This document shows, piece after piece, positions 57,436 through 64,000 of a DNA stretch of 64,000 bases. The DNA comes from Patescibacteria group bacterium. GTDB taxonomy: Bacteria > Patescibacteriota > Patescibacteriia > UBA1558 > GWA2-36-10. Location of the stretch: contig JBAYIR010000001.1 in the NCBI GenBank assembly GCA_041665505.1, forward strand, positions 19,108 through 83,107, given 5' to 3'. Numbering within the stretch: position 1 is the stretch's first letter; each line of letters begins with the position of its first letter. A program made the translations under genes and the position numbers. The notes under the pieces are model-generated. The model was not told where the DNA came from. It was given only the letters and a program-made list of their open reading frames with translations, and searched no databases.

Positions 57436-60255
57436 ATGAATAGTTTCACGATATCTACATTAATTACAGCATCAGTCTCTTTAATTTTTGGTGTTTTTGT
57501 TATTTATCGTAATAATAAGTCTTTAGAAAATAGGTTCTGGAGCCTTGTATGCTTTGGTGTTTTTGTTTGGCAATTAGGTCTTTTTTTAGAATTGTTGTCT
57601 AAAGATGAATCTCAAGCTTTATTTTGGAATAAATTTTTAAATGTTGGTGCTATATTAATACCTATTTTTTATTATAATTTTGTTTTAATTTTATTAAATA
57701 AATTAAAAAATGGTAAAAAATTATTGAATTTTGGTTACATTTTGGCTTTATTTTTTTTATGTTTTAATTTATTCACAAGTTTATTTGTAAAAGGTGTCCC
57801 GCCGGCTTTTAATTTTAAATATTGGGTAGAGCCTGGTATTTTGTACTATCCGTATTTTGTATATTTTGCTTTATATTTTATATTTAGTTTTCATAAATTA
57901 ATTTTAGCTCTTAGAGAATATAAATTTTTAAAAAAACAACAAATAAAATATGTTTTATTATCAGGTCTTTTTGGCGTAGGGGGTGGCGTAACGGTCTTTT
58001 TCCCGCAATTTTTTGGTATATACCCAACTGGTAATTACTTCGTTATATTATATTTAATTTTAGTTACATATGCTATGGCAAAATATCGTTTTATGAATAT
58101 AAGACTTATTTTAACCCGTAGTATTTTATACGCTATATTAGTTGGTACAGTAGCTAGTTTTTTTGCTTTGTCAGTCTTAGTCATTGGTAATGCTATCGGC
58201 GGTAATACTCAAACTAGTAAAATAATTACATATATTGTTACTTCATTTATAGTAGTAGTATTTCTTGACCCAGTAAAACGCACTTGGGCCAAAGTTACAG
58301 ACAAAGTTTTTTATAGAGGAAAGATTGACTATCAAGAAGTGTTTAGAGAAGTTGGTAATGTAGTGGCTAGAGAAATTGATTTGTATAAATTATTAGCTGG
58401 TGCCAGCTCTTTGCTGGCCGATAAATTAAAGATAAAACAGGTAGCATTCTTCGTACCAAACGATAAACAAGAGTTTTATCTTTTTGTTAGTTCAGATCAA
58501 GAAAAGCAGAAGTTTTCTTTGTCAAAAGATTTTGTTACTTATCTAGAAAAAAATAGAAAAATTTTGATTATTGACGAAGTAATCAGAGATTTAGGTAATC
58601 TAGATGAAAAATCTGAGCAATATCAAACAGCGGATTATTTTATCAAAGAAGCAGAAGCTCATAAAGCAGAAATGATTGTGCCAATAGTAGAAAATGATAA
58701 TATTACAGCTATTATATTATTTGATGCTAAGCAGTCAGGTGATCTCTACGGGCAGGATGATATCAATTTTTTGGAAGTTTTTGTTCCTCAAGTCGCTACC
58801 GCTATTGAAAAATCCAAGCTTTATGAAGAAGTAGAAGCCTTCAATAAAGAGCTCCAGCAAAAAGTAGATGAAAAAACCAAGAGTCTCAAAGAGGTCAATG
58901 TTGCTTTGCAGGCTAGAAATAAATTTTTGACCACTATCCAAGTGGTGACCAATATGATCAGTCGTACTTTGGACTTGAAAAAAATCAATCAAATGATTGC
59001 CGACAGCATAGCTACAGAGCTCGGTTATGTGGGTGGTATGCTAAGTTTTGTAGATAGAGAGAATAAATATTTAAAAGTAGGGGCAATTACTAATAACGAT
59101 CACACTAGGCAAGCTTTTCATATTCTCTCCAAAGAGCCGAGAGATTATCAGACCAAGTTGGAAGAAAATTATAATTTGAGCGCTCAGACTTTTTTAACTG
59201 GTAAAATAAATTTTTCTGATAAGCTATCAGACTTTTTAGCTCCACCAGTGGGTAAAGCAGAAATAGACAAAATTCAAGAAATATTGGGCATAAAGACTAT
59301 AGTCGGTGTGCCAGTATTTTCTGAAGCTAGAATCATTGGGCTTATCCAATATTATTTGCCAATTAAAAGAGATAAAATTTCTTCATTGGATATTGAGATT
59401 ATGACAGCTTTGACCAATCAAGTTGGCTTAGTATCTCGTAATCTAAAACTTTATAATACTCTCCAGGAGGCCAATGCTGATTTACAAGATGCTAATACCA
59501 GACTGAGAGAATTGGATAAAGCTAAATCAGAATTTTTGTCCATTGCTTCTCATCAATTGCGTACACCAATTTCAGCTATCAAAGGTTATTTATCTATGAT
59601 GATTGATGGAGATTTTGGGCCATTACCAAAAAATATTAATGATGTAATAAAAAACCTTTTTGAAAGTGCCGCTCGCTTGGCTAGGCTCATTAATATTTTC
59701 TTAAATGTCAGTCGTATCGAATCTGGTCGGTTGAAGCTAGAGAAAAAACCAATTCAAATAAATGAATTGATAGATAGTGTCATAATAGAGCTTATCAATC
59801 AAGCTAAACAAAAAAAAGTAAGTTTGGAATACAAAAAAAAGAAAACAGTTCCACCACTTATTATGGCTGACGCTGATAAACTCAGAGAAGTAGTGCTTAA
59901 TCTAGTAGATAATGCTATTAAATATACTCCAGAGGGCTCTATTGTTGTAACAGTAGAAGCTGATAATGATGAATTAAACTTCAAAGTGACAGACACCGGT
60001 ATTGGTATCAAGAAAGAAGAGGTAAAAACTTTGTTTAGAAAATTTGTTAGAGGTTCTGGTGTAGCTCAGATTCATACTGGTGGATCAGGTCTAGGACTTT
60101 TCATTGCCCAAAAGATTATCAAAGAGCATGATGGCCAAGTCTGGGCTGAAAGTGAAGGTAGTGGCAAAGGCTCAGTTTTTCAATTTACATTGCCAGTTTA
60201 CAAGGAAAATGGAGCACCAATTTATAAGGAAGAAACAAAAATAACTAAGAAATAG
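57436..60255 (+). CDS. Sensor histidine kinase: HisKA_7TM membrane domain, two GAF-like regions, HisKA and HATPase_c. It is an orphan, with no adjacent response regulator.
   Basis: H-box SIASHQLRTPISAIKGY, and N/G boxes LVDNAIKYTP...DTGIGI...GGSGLGLFIA. Confidence 0.85.
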   Translation: MNSFTISTLITASVSLIFGVFVIYRNNKSLENRFWSLVCFGVFVWQLGLFLELLSKDESQALFWNKFLNVGAILIPIFYYNFVLILLNKLKNGKKLLNFGYILALFFLCFNLFTSLFVKGVPPAFNFKYWVEPGILYYPYFVYFALYFIFSFHKLILALREYKFLKKQQIKYVLLSGLFGVGGGVTVFFPQFFGIYPTGNYFVILYLILVTYAMAKYRFMNIRLILTRSILYAILVGTVASFFALSVLVIGNAIGGNTQTSKIITYIVTSFIVVVFLDPVKRTWAKVTDKVFYRGKIDYQEVFREVGNVVAREIDLYKLLAGASSLLADKLKIKQVAFFVPNDKQEFYLFVSSDQEKQKFSLSKDFVTYLEKNRKILIIDEVIRDLGNLDEKSEQYQTADYFIKEAEAHKAEMIVPIVENDNITAIILFDAKQSGDLYGQDDINFLEVFVPQVATAIEKSKLYEEVEAFNKELQQKVDEKTKSLKEVNVALQARNKFLTTIQVVTNMISRTLDLKKINQMIADSIATELGYVGGMLSFVDRENKYLKVGAITNNDHTRQAFHILSKEPRDYQTKLEENYNLSAQTFLTGKINFSDKLSDFLAPPVGKAEIDKIQEILGIKTIVGVPVFSEARIIGLIQYYLPIKRDKISSLDIEIMTALTNQVGLVSRNLKLYNTLQEANADLQDANTRLRELDKAKSEFLSIASHQLRTPISAIKGYLSMMIDGDFGPLPKNINDVIKNLFESAARLARLINIFLNVSRIESGRLKLEKKPIQINELIDSVIIELINQAKQKKVSLEYKKKKTVPPLIMADADKLREVVLNLVDNAIKYTPEGSIVVTVEADNDELNFKVTDTGIGIKKEEVKTLFRKFVRGSGVAQIHTGGSGLGLFIAQKIIKEHDGQVWAESEGSGKGSVFQFTLPVYKENGAPIYKEETKITKK

Positions 60256-60429
60256 TATATTTAGATATTTCTTTGTGAGCTAGTATCAACACTAATTAAA
60301 TTTTATGATATGGGTTATGAAAATTTAGAAGCAACTCCAACCTTGGAACAGCAATTCAGAAATAGAGAAAAAATAGAATTACCAGGCGGGGAAATTGAAT
60401 AAAATACTTAATGCAATAGGACAATAATT

Positions 60430-60912
60430 ATGAAATTAAAAGTAACGTCAGAAATTATAAAAAAGTATAAGGGAAAGCCATTGATTGTGCCTGTTTATGC
60501 TTCAAGGAGAAAATTATTTTATACAGTAGATGATTTAAAATCGCCTAAAAATTTTCAATATTATTTAGGAGAAGTGAATGATCATGAAGCATATATTTCT
60601 GATGAGGGTATAAATTTCATAAAAGAAATTATAGGATTTGGCGAGCTAGCTTGTGTTTTGTATGAGGAAAAGTGGCGTCCGGATGAATATGGTGATATAG
60701 AAGATATTCAAAACTGGCTTGTATGGTGGGAAAAAGAAGCTAAAGAATATATAGGTGGCTCAGATGGCAACATTAATAATATGAAAGTTGATAAGATTAG
60801 CAGAATATTTAAGAAAATATTATTAAGGATCTATAATTTTATTACATTGCCATTAGCTTTTTTTATAGTGTTGAAAAATCTACGTAAGCGAGATAAAGAG
60901 GACGATGATTAA
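60430..60912 (+). CDS. Hypothetical protein with a C-terminal TM helix
   Basis: 160-aa ORF with no recognised motif. Confidence 0.4.
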   Translation: MKLKVTSEIIKKYKGKPLIVPVYASRRKLFYTVDDLKSPKNFQYYLGEVNDHEAYISDEGINFIKEIIGFGELACVLYEEKWRPDEYGDIEDIQNWLVWWEKEAKEYIGGSDGNINNMKVDKISRIFKKILLRIYNFITLPLAFFIVLKNLRKRDKEDDD

Positions 60913-61025
60913 CTTCTGGAGCATGTGTTGTGCTAACCTCGACTCGTTATTTTCGGCGAGAAGGAGTATTGTAAAGAAAAATAGCTCACCATTCTATAGC
61001 TTTGTAAATAACCTAACATAGAGTC

Positions 61026-62489
61026 ATGTCAAAAATCACAGAAATATTTAAACAACGACCACGATGGATTATCCATTCTTTACTGATATCTTTATTTTGG
61101 GTAATTTTTTTGTGGAATTTTTGGCATAAGGATATCCAAGCTCTGGGCATCAATACTTTTATTTTCTTGAGTTTAGTATTGCTATTTTTAAATAGCGTCC
61201 TGCTAGAAAAAAGATTATTGGCCAAAAATAATTTGACTTGGCTCATACCTCTAGTATTTATTGTGATGAGTTTTGCTATTTATGATAATCCATTTATCAA
61301 AACTTTTGATATGCTTATTTTGCCAGTCTTGGCTACTATTTTTATCAATTATTCTTTACTCCCAGATAGCCAAAAGAAATATTGGGACATCCGATTATTA
61401 TTTACTTTATTTTTTAGACTTTTTGCTCCATTTACCAAGCTCAGAAAATCAGCCCAAGCGCATGACCAGATGCTAAAAATTAGTAATCGGCCAGCTGATA
61501 TTTTGAAGAAAATAATTTTGGGCTTAGCCGCCTTTATTCTGCTGGCCATAGCTATAATAATTCCTTTATTGTCCTCAGCTGATCCAGAATTTTCTAAAAG
61601 ATTGGGTCATGTTTATCAGTGGTCAACTAGTGTAGTTTCCAGCACTTTGTTGATGAAAATAATATTTTTCTATATATTATCACTGTTTTTGTATGCTATA
61701 TTTTTGGCTTGGCAAGAGCCAATAAAAATTAAAGACAATGAAGCCTCTGGCAAAAAAATAGATTCTATAGTTTCTGGCATAGTCATTGGTGGCACTTTAT
61801 TGCTTTATTTATTATTTTTATGGCTACAATTGCAAAGGTTGTGGTCTAATACTTTACCCAATGATTTCAAAGCAGTTGAAATATTGGTCAAGAGTGGTTT
61901 TTGGCAATTGATTTTATTATCAATTATAAATATTATTGTATTATTTTTTAGCTACAAAAAAACTAATCGCTTGGTGCAGGGCATTTTGACATTTTTTACC
62001 ATAGCTTCACTGCTACTGCTAGTCTCAGCTGGGCATCGTATGTTTCTCTATGTGGGTTTTTATGGCTTGAGTTATGAAAAGTTTTTTGCCAGCTATGTGG
62101 TACTTTATTGCGCTATACTTTTTATTTATTTGATTATTACCATAGCTACACAGTCTAGGTTAAATATTATCAAATTTGTTTTGTTTTTATTTTTATGGAT
62201 GTATGGAGTGATTAATATTTTACCGGTGGAGCAAATTATTTTGAGATCCAATATAGCCTTAGCCAAAAATGAGCACTCTCGCATTAATCTCAGTGAATCT
62301 AGGATATTATCGTCAGATGTCTTATCTTATGTAGAGAAAAATAGAGAAAAGTATTTTATGACAGTAAATCCTGATGATGACAAAGAAGTAATTTGGGACA
62401 AATGGATTCTAGCCAAACAAAATATTGTTAAAAATAAGCAGTGGTATGAATTAAATTTGACTAATATATTATACAAAATTGGTAAATAG
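61026..62489 (+). CDS. Polytopic membrane protein, hypothetical (about 10 TM)
   Basis: 487-aa hydrophobic ORF. Confidence 0.5.
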   Translation: MSKITEIFKQRPRWIIHSLLISLFWVIFLWNFWHKDIQALGINTFIFLSLVLLFLNSVLLEKRLLAKNNLTWLIPLVFIVMSFAIYDNPFIKTFDMLILPVLATIFINYSLLPDSQKKYWDIRLLFTLFFRLFAPFTKLRKSAQAHDQMLKISNRPADILKKIILGLAAFILLAIAIIIPLLSSADPEFSKRLGHVYQWSTSVVSSTLLMKIIFFYILSLFLYAIFLAWQEPIKIKDNEASGKKIDSIVSGIVIGGTLLLYLLFLWLQLQRLWSNTLPNDFKAVEILVKSGFWQLILLSIINIIVLFFSYKKTNRLVQGILTFFTIASLLLLVSAGHRMFLYVGFYGLSYEKFFASYVVLYCAILFIYLIITIATQSRLNIIKFVLFLFLWMYGVINILPVEQIILRSNIALAKNEHSRINLSESRILSSDVLSYVEKNREKYFMTVNPDDDKEVIWDKWILAKQNIVKNKQWYELNLTNILYKIGK

Positions 62490-62550
62490 ATTGTTTAATT
62501 TTAGCTGAAATGTTATTATATAATTATATAAAATATTAATTTTAAAAAGT

Positions 62551-64000
62551 ATGAACAACATTAATTGGTCTCTGAGAGTTGTCACCACAACCGCATTTTT
62601 TTTATTTGTTGCTTTTGTGGCTCACTTGGCACAAGCAGAGGAGTACATCACAGATCCTAGTGATTTACCAGATGAAAATGCCTATAAGGCAGTGGTTTTG
62701 ATTAATTCATTTTCTTCTTTTGATGGTGAGAATTTATACCAATATGCCTCTGGTTCGGGCATTATCATTTCTAGCGATGGTGTGATTTTGACTAATCATC
62801 ACGTAGTGACACTAGAAGATGAATTCAATGAGGGTGAATACAAATCTGTTTATCAGATTTGTTTGTCTAGTAGTATTGATCAAGCACCAGATTGTCATTA
62901 TGCAGCCAAATTGTTGGCCAAAGATAAAGATCAAGATTTAGCCTTGTTGAAAATAGAACCAATCACTGGACTCAGTACACAAACAAATAATTTTAAATAT
63001 CTAAATTTAGCCTCCGTTGACAACACAGAGGTCAATGATACAGCTATTGTCATGGGTTATCCAGGTATTGGTGGTGGCACTATTACTATTACCAGAGGTA
63101 TTATCAGTGGTAAAGAAGAAAAATTTAATAAAAAATGGATAAAGACTGATGCCGTGCTTTCTTTTGGTAGTTCCGGTGGAGCGGCCATTGATAGCCAAGG
63201 TAATGTTATTGGTTTGGTCAATGCTTCTCATTCAGATTATGTCAGTAGTTTAGGCTATCTGATAAATATAGCGTCCATAAATACTTGGATAAATAGCAAT
63301 AAAAATCTAGGTGGTCAGCAAAATTCTTATTTGGAAGATTTGAAAAGTTTTAGCAAATTCCAGAAAAATTTAGAAAATACTAATAATTTTTCCAATGATT
63401 ATTTTAGTATCACCAAACCAGCTGATTGGGAGTTTACTTATAATCATGAAGCGGAAATAAATATAGATAATCCCAGCGATGACGAGGGTGGCTATGTCAT
63501 AGTCAAGATGTTTAAATATCCTTATAATATTTCTTTGGAAACAGCTGTCAATTCATTGAAGGATTCTTTTGTTAAGAATGGATTATTAACTGTGATTAAT
63601 TTTACGACAGTGGAGAATACTTTGATTAATAATCAAGCAGCCAAAAAAATAATTTTAAGTCATACCAATGATACAGAGACGCTTTATTATTTGGTTAATA
63701 AAAATTATCTAATAGAAGTAGATTATGATTATGGTGTTAATGAAAAAGATGAAGATTTAATCAGAGGCGTTATAAATAGTCTGACATTAGTAAATAATAA
63801 TAAAACGCTGGAGAAATTGAGCCAATATACTAATACTTCGCCACAATTTAGTATTAAAGCCGATGGAGATTGGCATATTTTGAGTAAAGATATAAAAAAA
63901 GAGCCGGTAGTTATTTATAATGAAAAAATACCAGAAGCTTATATTTCTATCAGTGTGGCGAAAGGTGATGAAAACACCAAAAATTATAATAATCAGCAAT
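62551..64000 (+). CDS. Secreted trypsin-like (S1) serine protease, 3'-truncated by the window end
   Basis: Signal peptide, catalytic His (LTNHHVV), Asp (DLALLK) and Ser (GSSGGA). The ORF has no stop before position 64000 and is absent from the ORF track. Confidence 0.65.
   Translation, partial: MNNINWSLRVVTTTAFFLFVAFVAHLAQAEEYITDPSDLPDENAYKAVVLINSFSSFDGENLYQYASGSGIIISSDGVILTNHHVVTLEDEFNEGEYKSVYQICLSSSIDQAPDCHYAAKLLAKDKDQDLALLKIEPITGLSTQTNNFKYLNLASVDNTEVNDTAIVMGYPGIGGGTITITRGIISGKEEKFNKKWIKTDAVLSFGSSGGAAIDSQGNVIGLVNASHSDYVSSLGYLINIASINTWINSNKNLGGQQNSYLEDLKSFSKFQKNLENTNNFSNDYFSITKPADWEFTYNHEAEINIDNPSDDEGGYVIVKMFKYPYNISLETAVNSLKDSFVKNGLLTVINFTTVENTLINNQAAKKIILSHTNDTETLYYLVNKNYLIEVDYDYGVNEKDEDLIRGVINSLTLVNNNKTLEKLSQYTNTSPQFSIKADGDWHILSKDIKKEPVVIYNEKIPEAYISISVAKGDENTKNYNNQQ

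Noticed and set aside
1-64000. CRISPR arrays, integrases, transposases or IS elements that might explain the GC-rich cassettes.
   Set aside because: No direct-repeat/spacer arrays and no recombinase or transposase ORFs were found in any frame. The only repeats are the 18-bp tandem repeat in rplY and the duplicated 7TM gene starts.

Overview
The window is a compact, low-GC (~30%) bacterial chromosome segment with short intergenic spacers, GC-rich hairpin terminators and a reduced, Patescibacteria/CPR-like gene content (the lineage assignment is inference). The backbone is housekeeping. It includes infC-rpmI-rplT, smpB with an adjacent tmRNA, a complete dTTP-synthesis cluster (dCMP deaminase, P-loop kinase, thyA, folA, dut, tmk), gatB, miaA and miaB, guaB, dnaE, an FtsW/RodA homologue, prfA-prmC, rpmE, rpsB-tsf-pyrH, gap, cysS, proBCA, three tRNAs, and a block of 7TM-receptor paralogues ending in a large GAF histidine kinase. 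Five segments of about 48-60% GC sit inside this AT-rich backbone: roughly 2100-3690, 16210-16750, 21860-22910, 34495-35600 and 45225-47280. Each looks like a self-contained expression cassette. Each has a near-consensus TTGACA sigma70 promoter and an AGGAGG-type Shine-Dalgarno in AT-rich DNA, a GC-rich CDS, and a strong GC-hairpin terminator. The cassettes encode a B12-binding radical SAM enzyme, a DAO-family FAD oxidoreductase with a small partner protein, a three-gene membrane plus small-protein operon, and two proteins I could not place in any family. These compositionally foreign cassettes are the most unusual feature of the window. Also notable are a CAA-anticodon tRNA that otherwise resembles tRNA-Trp, a third tRNA with an 8-nt anticodon loop, an EamA-transporter/riboflavin-kinase fusion, and four tandem HisKA_7TM modules.
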